From NCBI GenBank assembly GCA_026417535.1, contig JAOADB010000007.1, positions 1 through 33,941 on the forward strand: a stretch of DNA of 33,941 nt. The letters are read 5' to 3'. The DNA comes from Caldilineales bacterium (GTDB lineage Bacteria; Chloroflexota; Anaerolineae; J102). Below are positions 1 to 8,163 of this stretch, piece after piece. Every line of letters begins with the position of its first letter. Within the stretch, counting starts at the first letter, position 1. The position numbers and the translations under genes were made by a program. The notes beneath the pieces are model-generated. The model did not search any database. It was not told the origin of the DNA and was given only the letters and a program-made list of their open reading frames with translations.

Positions 1-19
1 AGATGTGTATAAGAGACAG
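1..19 (+). other. Tn5 mosaic end / Nextera adapter (library artefact)
   Basis: Exact AGATGTGTATAAGAGACAG at the first base; it produces the spurious MYKRQ ORF start. Confidence 0.98.
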
Positions 20-397
20 CACATAGGCCAGACCCTGCCAGGTCTGCGGCTCGAACCATTCCGGGCTGATGCGCGTTTTCACCCAGTCCCGGACTTCGGC
101 CGGCGCGCTGGCCAGCAGGCGCTCCAGCCCCTCTTGCAGGGCGGCCAGCCATCCTCCGGCCGCCGGTTCGGCCGGCGGGGTCGGCGCCGACGCCGCAACT
201 GCCGCCTCGGTTGGGGCCGTTGTCGCGGCCACGTTGGCACTCGCGGTCTCTTCCTCGGCGGTCACGGCCATGGCGCCGGTCGTTTCGAGATGGCGATGCC
301 GATAACAGTAGCGCGAACCCTCTTGGGCCGGCAGACGGCAACGCTCGCCGGCCTTGGTCAGGGCTTCGCAAAGGGGACGATGGCCGTTTTCGCTCAT
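20..397 (-). CDS. 3'-truncated protein with N-terminal C-x9-C-x10-C-x2-H zinc-finger-like motif and Ala/Thr/Pro linker; possibly the N-terminus of a lysophospholipid acyltransferase
   Basis: Not in the ORF track because it has no stop. Manual translation from ATG 397 (CAGGAGGAG RBS upstream): MSENGHRPLCEALTKAGERCRLPAQEGSRYCYRH...; open until the adapter. The acyltransferase identity is inferred from gene context only. Confidence 0.7.
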
Positions 398-412
398 GAT
401 TCTCCTCCTGTG

Positions 413-1504
413 TTAGCCAACGGCTCCTTCGGTCGAGGAACGGCGCAGACTGCCGATGGCCGCTTCGGAGCGACGGGCGAACTCGCGGGCGGTCTCGATC
501 CCGTGGCGGGTGATCTCGCGACCGGCGCGCAGGCCGTCGAGCATGACCCGATAGGCCCGGTTGGTCTCGTAGCGATGCTCGTGTAGGGCTTCACCGAAAC
601 GTCGCACGGTCGTCTCGGCATCCACTGTCGGCATGAAGCCCAGCTCCTCCCGCATTCGGGTCGTATCGCCCACGCAGCCGTAACGCAGATAATCCCACGG
701 CAGCGGCGTCAGGTCCGAAGCCCGGTAGGGCAACTGTCCGCTGCCCAGGCGATAGGCCAGAGGATGGAGCAGCGGCAATGGCGGCACCCGGGCCAAGGCC
801 AGCAGCTTGAGCAACGGCAGCGGCGGGTCAGCGGCGATGTTGTAGGCGCCGTTGTGGTCCTCGAGGATGGCATGACCGATGGCGCGCAGAACATCGTCGT
901 AGTGGATGACCTGGACCATCGGCTCAAAACCCAGTAGGATGGGCGCCGCCGGCAGCGATAGCAACTGCGCCAGGGGATAGACAGGCTCGCCGCCCAGGAT
1001 GTGGGCAAAACGCAGCACGGTAACGGTCATGGTCGGGTGCTGACGCCGAAAACCGCTGACAAACGTCTCGATCTCGCGCCACTCGCGGATATAGGCGTAG
1101 GCCGGTCGCCCGCGGAAGTCACTTTCCTCAGAGATAAAGGCCGGGTTTTCGGGGTGCGCACCGTAAATCAGGATGGTCGAAGGCAAAATGACCTTGCGCA
1201 CACCCGCCAGCGCCGCTGCGCCCAGCATCCGCATCGTGCCCATGACGTTGCTATCGAACACCTCGTCGGTATGATGCCGACGCCAGCGAAACGCACAGTG
1301 GACGATGGTATCCACCCGCTCGGCTTTGAACAACTCCCCGATCAGCGGATTGCGCAGGTCGGCCTCGACGAATTCGACGCCGGGAAAGGGCTTGGTCAGG
1401 GGTTTCATGTCAATCCCGAGCACACGCAGGCCGAACTGGCTGGCCAGACGGCCGAGATCGCGGCCCAACGGACTGAGCAACCCGGTAATGGCAACCGTTT
1501 TCAT
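413..1504 (-). CDS. Atypical NAD-dependent epimerase/dehydratase (extended SDR, Rv0501/GalE2-like)
   Basis: MKTVAITG Rossmann start after an AGGAGG RBS; NVMGT, IYGAHPENP, VLRFAHILG and QVIHYDDV segments. Glycine-rich and YxxxK motifs are degenerate. Confidence 0.85.
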   Translation of the reverse strand: MKTVAITGLLSPLGRDLGRLASQFGLRVLGIDMKPLTKPFPGVEFVEADLRNPLIGELFKAERVDTIVHCAFRWRRHHTDEVFDSNVMGTMRMLGAAALAGVRKVILPSTILIYGAHPENPAFISEESDFRGRPAYAYIREWREIETFVSGFRRQHPTMTVTVLRFAHILGGEPVYPLAQLLSLPAAPILLGFEPMVQVIHYDDVLRAIGHAILEDHNGAYNIAADPPLPLLKLLALARVPPLPLLHPLAYRLGSGQLPYRASDLTPLPWDYLRYGCVGDTTRMREELGFMPTVDAETTVRRFGEALHEHRYETNRAYRVMLDGLRAGREITRHGIETAREFARRSEAAIGSLRRSSTEGAVG

Positions 1505-1536
1505 GGGATGTGCCTCCTGAGACACCAGGTGTCTCG

Positions 1537-1565
1537 ATTATAGGCTTGCCGTCGAAGGCAGACAA
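1537..1565 (-). promoter_or_regulatory. Sigma70-type promoter for the SDR gene
   Basis: Minus strand TTGTCT-N17-TATAAT, about 30 nt upstream of ATG 1504. Confidence 0.65.
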
Positions 1566-1568
1566 GAA

Positions 1569-1634
1569 GACGATGGACGATAGACGAAGAGGTAGCGCAA
1601 GGTGGCTCTTGCTCTACGTCTTTCGGCCGTCGGC
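1569..1634. repeat. GACGRWR heptamer inverted-tandem repeat enclosing a REP-like palindrome
   Basis: GACGATG GACGATA GACGAAG ... CTACGTC TTTCGGC CGTCGGC, with GTAGCGCAAG-N6-CTTGCTCTAC (1592-1617) inside. Confidence 0.75.
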
Positions 1635-1730
1635 CTGGCGGGCGGTCAATGGCGGGAAGGGAAGACCCATCCGGAACATTGAGCAGTGGCTGAGTCGTTA
1701 CGGATGAAGAAAGGGGAGAGCACGGGAGTG

Positions 1731-1770
1731 GGAAAGCTCCTTCCAGCTCCTTCAACCTTCTTCAAGCTCC
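1731..1770. repeat. 10-nt tandem repeat (TTCAAGCTCC-like) overlapping the patatin stop codon
   Basis: GGAAAGCTCC TTCCAGCTCC TTCAACCTTC TTCAAGCTCC; related to the array at 20671-20737. Confidence 0.6.
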
Positions 1771-2544
1771 ACCGATAACCACCATCTGCAGACGCGGCAG
1801 CTGCGCGAGCATGGCCGCCCGGCCGCGCGCGATCAGTTCCTGGCGGCGCATCCGCACCATGTCGAAATCGGTCAGGTCCGGTTCGACCAGCACATCGGCC
1901 GCGGTCGCATGTGCGCTGGTTCGCACCAGGGTATGGCCGAGCACGACGGCGCTGTAGGCGCCCAGACCGGTAGGCAGGTGGTCGGCCGCCCCGAACAGGG
2001 TCACGGCTACCACGACCTCGGCCCCCAAGCGCCGGGCCGCGCCGATGGGCAAGTTATCCGTCATACCGCCGTCCACATACCAGCGGTCCTCGATCAGACA
2101 GGGTTGGAAGACGATGGGCACGCTGCAGCTCGCGCGCACTCGCGGGGCCAAGCGGCCCTCGGTAAAGACGTGCGGCCGACCACTGAGGGCATTGGTGGCA
2201 ACGCAGGCGTAGGGCAAGGGCAGCTGTTCGATCCAGAGGTCACCCAGCCAACGGATGAGCGTCCGCTCCAGGGGCGCCAGGGACAGGAAACCACGCCGCG
2301 GCCAGGCCGGTCGCACGAGATGGCGCCAGCGCAACCGCATCCCAAAGGCGGTGATCTCGGCGATACTCTTGCCGGCAGCCACCCCCGCGCCGATGAAGGC
2401 GCCCACGCTGGTGCCGACAACAACCTGCGGCCGGATGCCGGCCTCATCCAGAACCTGGAGGACGCCGATATGAGCGAAACCGCGGGCCGCACCGCCGCCT
2501 AGGACAAGCCCCAGGCGACGTTGCCCGGGAGCCGAGAGGGTCAT
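1762..2544 (-). CDS. Patatin-like phospholipase / lipid acyl hydrolase
   Basis: GGGAARG oxyanion motif, GTSVG nucleophile, DGG catalytic Asp. Confidence 0.93.
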   Translation of the reverse strand: MTLSAPGQRRLGLVLGGGAARGFAHIGVLQVLDEAGIRPQVVVGTSVGAFIGAGVAAGKSIAEITAFGMRLRWRHLVRPAWPRRGFLSLAPLERTLIRWLGDLWIEQLPLPYACVATNALSGRPHVFTEGRLAPRVRASCSVPIVFQPCLIEDRWYVDGGMTDNLPIGAARRLGAEVVVAVTLFGAADHLPTGLGAYSAVVLGHTLVRTSAHATAADVLVEPDLTDFDMVRMRRQELIARGRAAMLAQLPRLQMVVIGGA

Positions 2545-2575
2545 AGGCCAAGACAGGGGGAAGGGAAAGCGATGC

Positions 2576-4462
2576 TCAGGGCCACAGCTCGGCGACGAAG
2601 TCGCCCAGGTCCAGCGCGATCAGTGTGTCCGGACAGGGTTTGCCCGTGTCCGGGTCCCAATGGCGGACCTGATAGTACCAGGCCAGCATCGTCTCCAGGT
2701 CGGGGCTGTAGCCGGCATGGGGGCCCGTTTCCACGGCCTTGCGCACGGCTTTGGGCAGGGTATCGTTGGTCCGCGTGAGGCCAAAGCGATGGTTCAGCAC
2801 CCGCTTGAGGGTGTAAATCCGTTCGCCGGTGCGGATCAGGTCCTCGGGCTGCCATTCCCAGCCCGTGATGGTGGCCCATAGCTCGAGGAGGTGGGGGATG
2901 GGGACTTCCTCGAAATGGCAGAGGATGGCGCTGTTGGTAAAGGCGCGGAAATCCATCACCCGGGCGGTCATCGCCACCTTGGCCGGTGACTCCTCGCGCG
3001 GGTCGCCGTAGGTGATGCCGATTTCCGGCGCTTCGCGACCCTGTTCCCAGTGGTAGACATCGCCGGCCATGTGGCAGGCCCCCCGTGTGCCCACGGCGTA
3101 GACCAGACCCTGGCCGGCATGGGCGCGCACATCGTGGAAGGGTAGCTCCAGGCCGTTGACGTGGACGGCCAGATCGGGCACGCCCAAGGCCGCAGCCACG
3201 CGCGCGGCGCCCTCGGCCAGGAGGTTCCCGAAACCGCGACGGTAGGCGATCTGCTCGATCAGCGCCAGGGCCGGTTCGGGATCGCCCCAGCGCAATTCCA
3301 GACCGCCCGTGACGTCGGCGTCAATGATGCCGGCCTCGAACAGGGCGTAGGCCAAGGCAATGGTCGAACCGCAGGAAATCGTGTCCAGGCCAAAGCGATT
3401 GCACAGGTGGCCGGCCAGGATGACGTGCTCCAGGCTGTGAGAGCCGATCAGCGGTCCGAAAGCCACCGATGTTTCGTATTCGGGGCCGTCAATGACGCCT
3501 TCGACCCGGTCGGGCAAGACGACCTCGCGACCGCAGGCGATGGGGCAGCGGAAACAGGGCACATGGCGTTTGAGGAAGCGGTCGCTGAGCTGACCGGCGT
3601 TGATCGCATCCTCGATGCCGTCGAGTTCGGTCGTGCTGTAGTAGCGGGCCGAGACATCGCCGGCCAGCGCGCCCACGTCCATGCCCATCAGGGTTCCGCC
3701 CAGCCGCATCATCTGCGCCGTCAGGTCTTCCACGACGAAGGCGGTCACCTCGCGGTTGGCCTTTTTGTTGGCCAGAGGGTCATAGAGAGGCACATCGGCA
3801 TGGCCGCTGACACCGATGGCCTTCAACCGTTTGCTGCCCATCACGGCGCCCAGGCCGGTGCGGGCGGCGGCACGGCCGTGGTCGTTCATGACCCCGGCAA
3901 AGCGGACCCGGTGCTCCCCGGCCGGGCCGATGCAGGCCACGCGAACGCGCTTGGCGCCCATAGCCGCGCGCACGGCCTCCTGGGTCTCGTACATGTCGAG
4001 GCCCCATAGCTCGTCCGCTTCGTGTAGCCGTGGAGTGACGTCATCGCGTACTTCCAGCCAGACCGGTCGCGGGGCCTGCCCCGTGATGATGATGCCGTCG
4101 TACCCGGCGCGGCGCAGTTCCGGCCCCCAATAGCCGCCCGAATTGGCCTCGCCGGTGAGACCGGTGGCCGGCGAACGGGCAACCACCGAGAAACGGCCGG
4201 CAGCCGGCGTGGTTGTGCCCACCAGCGGCCCGGTCATGAAGATGAGGGGGTTCTCCGGACCGAGGGGATCCGTGTTCGGCCCGGCCAGATCGGCCAGATA
4301 ACGGGCGCCCAAACCGCTGCCGCCAATGAAGAGCCGGGCGTAGGTCTCGTTGAGGGGTTCTTCCCATAGGGCACCGGTGCTCAGGTCGACGCGCAACAGC
4401 TTGCCCATGTAGCCGGGCAGCAGCGTGGGCAGGGCAGGCGTGAAACGCTGCGGGATGGCCAT
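2576..4462 (-). CDS. aor: Aldehyde:ferredoxin oxidoreductase (tungsten AOR family)
   Basis: GKLLRVDL, DPLGPEN, GLGAVMGSKRLKA, CxxCPIAC, EYET, GLDTIS and RGACH motifs; 628 aa. Confidence 0.93.
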   Translation of the reverse strand: MAIPQRFTPALPTLLPGYMGKLLRVDLSTGALWEEPLNETYARLFIGGSGLGARYLADLAGPNTDPLGPENPLIFMTGPLVGTTTPAAGRFSVVARSPATGLTGEANSGGYWGPELRRAGYDGIIITGQAPRPVWLEVRDDVTPRLHEADELWGLDMYETQEAVRAAMGAKRVRVACIGPAGEHRVRFAGVMNDHGRAAARTGLGAVMGSKRLKAIGVSGHADVPLYDPLANKKANREVTAFVVEDLTAQMMRLGGTLMGMDVGALAGDVSARYYSTTELDGIEDAINAGQLSDRFLKRHVPCFRCPIACGREVVLPDRVEGVIDGPEYETSVAFGPLIGSHSLEHVILAGHLCNRFGLDTISCGSTIALAYALFEAGIIDADVTGGLELRWGDPEPALALIEQIAYRRGFGNLLAEGAARVAAALGVPDLAVHVNGLELPFHDVRAHAGQGLVYAVGTRGACHMAGDVYHWEQGREAPEIGITYGDPREESPAKVAMTARVMDFRAFTNSAILCHFEEVPIPHLLELWATITGWEWQPEDLIRTGERIYTLKRVLNHRFGLTRTNDTLPKAVRKAVETGPHAGYSPDLETMLAWYYQVRHWDPDTGKPCPDTLIALDLGDFVAELWP

Positions 4463-4473
4463 AAGCGAATCGG

Positions 4474-5649
4474 CTAAAAATCAACAGTCTGGCCGTCGTA
4501 GGCGCAGCGGAAGAGGCGGATCAGCTCGGGGCGTTCCGGCACCCGGGCATTGACCGTGATGGTGCCGTCGCCCTCGGCGAAGACGCACATCTGCTCCAGG
4601 GCAGCCTCATAACGGTCGCGGGGGATGCCCATCTCGGCCACGGTGAGGGGCTGTTCGACCCGGCGTTCCAGGTCGCGGATGGCGGCGATGACCGCGGCCG
4701 TGGCCGTGGCTTCGTCGGCTGCGGCCTCTGGCAAGCGCAGGGCATGGGCCAGGTCGGGATAGCGGGTGACCTCGGCCGGCAGCGCTGCCGTGAATTCCAT
4801 GACATAGGGCAGGAAAAGGGCGACGGTGCGGCCGTGAGGGATTTTGAAGGTGGCGCCGAAGGCATGGCCCATGGCGTGGGCCAAACCGGCCAGCGAATTG
4901 CCGAAGCCCAAGCCGGCGATGGTGGCGGCATTGGCCATGTGCTCGCGGGCTTCCATGTCGTGGGGGTCGGCGTAGACACGCGGCAGGTACTGGAACACCA
5001 TCTGCATGGCCTTCAGGCAGAGGCCGTCGCTGAAGTCGTTGCGGAAGGTGCAGGTGTAGCCCTCGACGGCATGGACGAGGACATCCAGCCCCGTATCGGC
5101 CGTGATGCGTCGGGGCAGCTCGCGGGTGAGGCTGGGATCCACCACGGCCAGGGTGGGCACGGTCTCACGCGAGATGACGGAGACCTTACGGCCATCGGTC
5201 AGATCGGTGAGGACGAGCGCGCCGGTGGCTTCGGCGCCCGTGCCGGCTGTGGTGGGGATGGCCAGCAACCGGGCGCGGCGACCCAAACCCAGGTAGAGGA
5301 ACGGCGCAATGGCGTCGGGTTCGACATCGGGCCGCTCGTAAAGGACCCACATGGCCTTGGCCGCGTCCATGGCCGAGCCACCGCCCAGGCCAACGATCCA
5401 ATCGGGCGCAAAGGCCGTGAGCAACTCCGCCCCCCGGCGCACGGTCTGCAACGACGGCTCCGGTTCCACCTCGGCGAAATAGCCCACCTCCATCCCGGCG
5501 CGGCGCAGGTGCTCGGCGATTCGTTCGGTGAAGCCCAGGCCGTGCAGAACCGGGTCGGTGACGATGAAGGCGCGGCTGCCCTGCAGCTCATCGAGATAGC
5601 TCAGGGCATCCTCGCCGTAGATGATTTCGGGGCTTTTGAAGAACCACAT
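4474..5649 (-). CDS. Iron-containing alcohol dehydrogenase
   Basis: GGGSAMDAAK, PTTAGTGAE; candidate metal ligands in GLDVLVH, LAHAMGH and PHG. Confidence 0.93.
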   Translation of the reverse strand: MWFFKSPEIIYGEDALSYLDELQGSRAFIVTDPVLHGLGFTERIAEHLRRAGMEVGYFAEVEPEPSLQTVRRGAELLTAFAPDWIVGLGGGSAMDAAKAMWVLYERPDVEPDAIAPFLYLGLGRRARLLAIPTTAGTGAEATGALVLTDLTDGRKVSVISRETVPTLAVVDPSLTRELPRRITADTGLDVLVHAVEGYTCTFRNDFSDGLCLKAMQMVFQYLPRVYADPHDMEAREHMANAATIAGLGFGNSLAGLAHAMGHAFGATFKIPHGRTVALFLPYVMEFTAALPAEVTRYPDLAHALRLPEAAADEATATAAVIAAIRDLERRVEQPLTVAEMGIPRDRYEAALEQMCVFAEGDGTITVNARVPERPELIRLFRCAYDGQTVDF

Positions 5650-5652
5650 GGC

Positions 5653-6069
5653 TCATTCCTCGTCGGGATAGCGGGTGGGCACGCTGGAGGCGCTGTTGAC
5701 CAGGTCCAGCGTGGCCTTGACCGAACGCATGATCTTGGCCAGATTGCCCTTGAGCTTGAGCTGGCGGCTGACGAGGGCGCGGATGGGGTCGAGCTGCTTC
5801 TTGAAGATTTTGCGGTAGGTGTCAATGCTGCCCTCGATGACGAATTCGGGCTGTTTGTCGCCCTCCCCTGTCACCAGATAGGCCTCGCGGCACTGGCCGT
5901 GCCACAGGTCGAGATAGAATTTGACCGGTTCCTTCAGGCTGCCTTTCGGCTCGACGATGAAGTAAAAATCACCTTCCCAGGTGGCGGCCGAGACCTTGTA
6001 GGCCTCGTTGTTGTTGAGCGCTTCTTTGAACGCGGCAACCCATTCGGCCGAGGGGAACAGATACGCCAT
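5653..6069 (-). CDS. SCP2 sterol/lipid-carrier domain protein (138 aa)
   Basis: Start at MAYLFPSAEW after a GGAGG RBS; LDPIRALVSRQLKLKGN matches the SCP2 C-terminal signature. The ORF-track extension to 6459 is non-coding. Confidence 0.88.
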   Translation of the reverse strand: MAYLFPSAEWVAAFKEALNNNEAYKVSAATWEGDFYFIVEPKGSLKEPVKFYLDLWHGQCREAYLVTGEGDKQPEFVIEGSIDTYRKIFKKQLDPIRALVSRQLKLKGNLAKIMRSVKATLDLVNSASSVPTRYPDEE

Positions 6070-6168
6070 GAGTGACCTCCAGGAGTGTAAGCGGAGCGAG
6101 CGGGATCGACAGGCGGGACGCCCGAGGCCGACGATGGCCGGGCGGATTATGACGCGTTGCGTCGTGAG

Positions 6169-6179
6169 ATTATAGCACA
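6169..6179 (-). promoter_or_regulatory. Extended -10 promoter for the SCP2-ADH-AOR-patatin operon
   Basis: Minus strand TGTGCTATAAT about 100 nt upstream of ATG 6069. Confidence 0.6.
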
Positions 6180-6309
6180 GCCGTCGGCCAAAGGCGCAAA
6201 AGGGGAGGCAGAGAAGGGCCGTGGTGAAGGCGCTTTCCTGCCCTTGGCGTCGTGGGTGACGGCTGCGGCCGTCGTCTTGGCCGGGTGGTGCAGCCGGCCG
6301 GAAGGTGCT

Positions 6310-6530
6310 GCGGGCGAACCGCGTCGTCGGGCGATGGGGGTTTAGGCGATGTTCACGCCGCGGATGGAAGCAGTCGCCACGCGCGCCACAAAGGGGGCGG
6401 CCGGGCGGCTCCGCCGCCCGGCCGCCCCCTTTGACGCCGCGCGAACGGCCAAATCCCACATTCGGCGCCGGGCCGCGTTATCATCGGCAACGTCATCACA
6501 CCCCTCTCGTCCCGACACCCACCCCGCCGA
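6310..6530. repeat. Long imperfect palindromic element, copy 1 (perfect 20-bp core arms at 6389-6433)
   Basis: CAAAGGGGGCGGCCGGGCGG-CTCCG-CCGCCCGGCCGCCCCCTTTG; flanks are homologous to 26525-26790. Outer limits are approximate. Confidence 0.8.
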
Positions 6531-6668
6531 TGCGCGCCTCGTTACTATTCCCGCGTTTCGTCTGTGCTACGGCCTGCGTCGTACTTCGCTGGCGCCATTG
6601 GAAGGGGAAGAACCCTTTTCGGCCTTACCTGGAGGGCGGTCATCCCGGCGAATAGCCGTTCCGGCGGT

Positions 6669-6696
6669 GGAACTTTTTGGCCTCTTTCTTCGTCTA
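6669..6696 (+). promoter_or_regulatory. Candidate ECF-sigma promoter for the PA14 gene
   Basis: GGAACT-N16-CGTCTA, ending 44 nt before ATG 6741. Confidence 0.65.
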
Positions 6697-6740
6697 TTCC
6701 GGTGAATCTCACATCCCGAACATGGACAAGGAGGCAAGAC

Positions 6741-7925
6741 ATGTTCCGACGACGTGTATTTTCCCTCGCGCTTGCCTCCCTGTTAAGCACCGCAGTCGTG
6801 TTGATGCTGTGGATCACGCCGGGTACTGCGCAGACGGCTGACACAGGGTGGCAGGGCGAGTATTTCGACAATCCCTGGCTGGTCGGAGCGCCGGTTCTGA
6901 CCCGCACCGATGCGTTCATTGACTTCCACTGGGGCACCGGCGCGCCGCATGACCGCATCCCGGTGGATCGCTTCTCGGTGCGCTGGAGCCGCGTTGCCCG
7001 CTTCGAGGCCGGCCGCTATCGCTTCATCGTCGAGGTGGACGACGGCGTGCGCCTGTTCCTGGACGGTCAGCTCATCCTCGATCGCTGGCACGATCAGGCC
7101 CCGACCACCTACACCGTCGAACGCGAGTTGACGGCCGGCGACCATGCCCTGCGCATGGAGTACTACGAGAACACCGGTTGGGCCGTGGCCCGGCTGCGCT
7201 GGGAGCGGGTACAGGTTTCGGTGCCGCCCACGGCCACCTGGCGGGGCGAGTACTTCGCCAACCCCTGGCTCGCCGGCACGCCCACCCTGGTGCGTGAGGA
7301 CCCCGACATCCAGTTCGCCTGGGGTCAGGGTTCGCCCGACCCGCAAATCCCGGCCGACCGCTTCTCGGTGCGCTGGACACGGGCCGTCCGCTTCGAGCAG
7401 GGCCGCTATCGCTTCACCACCCTGACCGATGACGGCGTCCGGCTCTACATTGATGGCCAGCTGGTCATTGACCGTTGGGTGGATATGGCCCCCACCACGC
7501 ACACGGCCGTCCTGGACCTCACCGAAGGCGTCCACACCATCCGCATGGAGTACTACGAGAACGCCGGCAACGCCACGGCCAAACTCTCGTGGGAAAAGAT
7601 TCGGGTGCCGCCGCCTGTGGGCAACATCATTACCTGCGTGCGCCCGCGCAACTCCTGGATCAAAATCTACCGCTGGGACGGCGAGCGCTGGGTGGACATC
7701 AACCCCCGCGGTTGGGGCGCCATCTCACCCAGCGGTTATCTGAAGATTGACGGCCTGCCGGTGGACCTCGCGCGGTACGGCGGACAGGGCCATCCCTATC
7801 GGGTGGAACTGTGGGCTAACCACACCCTCATCCGCTCTGTCGGCAACACGTCCCGCGGAGAACCCGAATTCCGTGTGCGGGCCTTTGCCGATAACTACAC
7901 GCCCTGGGGCTGCCCAGCGCCGTGA
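6741..7925 (+). CDS. Secreted protein with two PA14 (carbohydrate-binding) domains and an unrecognised C-terminal domain
   Basis: AGGAGG RBS; signal peptide MFRRRVFSLAL...TAQT; two 130-aa repeats WxGEYF...DRFSVRW...DDGVRL..DG...MEYYEN. Confidence 0.88.
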   Translation: MFRRRVFSLALASLLSTAVVLMLWITPGTAQTADTGWQGEYFDNPWLVGAPVLTRTDAFIDFHWGTGAPHDRIPVDRFSVRWSRVARFEAGRYRFIVEVDDGVRLFLDGQLILDRWHDQAPTTYTVERELTAGDHALRMEYYENTGWAVARLRWERVQVSVPPTATWRGEYFANPWLAGTPTLVREDPDIQFAWGQGSPDPQIPADRFSVRWTRAVRFEQGRYRFTTLTDDGVRLYIDGQLVIDRWVDMAPTTHTAVLDLTEGVHTIRMEYYENAGNATAKLSWEKIRVPPPVGNIITCVRPRNSWIKIYRWDGERWVDINPRGWGAISPSGYLKIDGLPVDLARYGGQGHPYRVELWANHTLIRSVGNTSRGEPEFRVRAFADNYTPWGCPAP

Positions 7926-7929
7926 AACG

Positions 7930-8025
7930 GACGATGGACGGTGGACGATAGACGATGGATGGAGCCCGTCGTCCGCAAAGTCTCCTCGGAGGGCGGGAAG
8001 TCCTATTCGTCCACCGTCTTTCGGC
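7930..8025. repeat. GACGRWR heptamer inverted-tandem repeat
   Basis: GACGATG GACGGTG GACGATA GACGATG GATGGAG ... ATTCGTC CACCGTC TTTCGGC, immediately after the stop codon. Confidence 0.8.
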
Positions 8026-8068
8026 CGCAACCCCGGTTACCGAATTACCAGACCAATCGCAAGGTGAA

Positions 8069-8097
8069 CGTAACGCAAGATGCCATCTTGCGTTACG
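8069..8097. repeat. REP-like perfect palindrome between convergent genes (possible terminator)
   Basis: CGTAACGCAAGATG-C-CATCTTGCGTTACG, 14-bp arms. Confidence 0.8.
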
Positions 8098-8163
8098 CGA
8101 TGCTCCATCCATCGCCATGAGCCGGACATCTTCACATTGCGACCGGTTTCGTTACCCGTATCC

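Noticed and set aside
5-586. ORF starting MYKRQ (and the MYKRQ start given for 33158..33937)
   Set aside because: The start is encoded by the Tn5 adapter; 5..586 is antisense to real genes.
6070-6459. N-terminal extensions of SCP2 and of the epimerase (26357..26758), both containing GGRAAEPPGRP or RPGGSAARPP
   Set aside because: These peptides are translations of the non-coding palindromic element; the true starts have RBSs downstream.
7930-8025. Short repeat arrays as possible CRISPR arrays
   Set aside because: Units are 7-10 nt, contiguous, lack unique spacers, and there are no cas genes.
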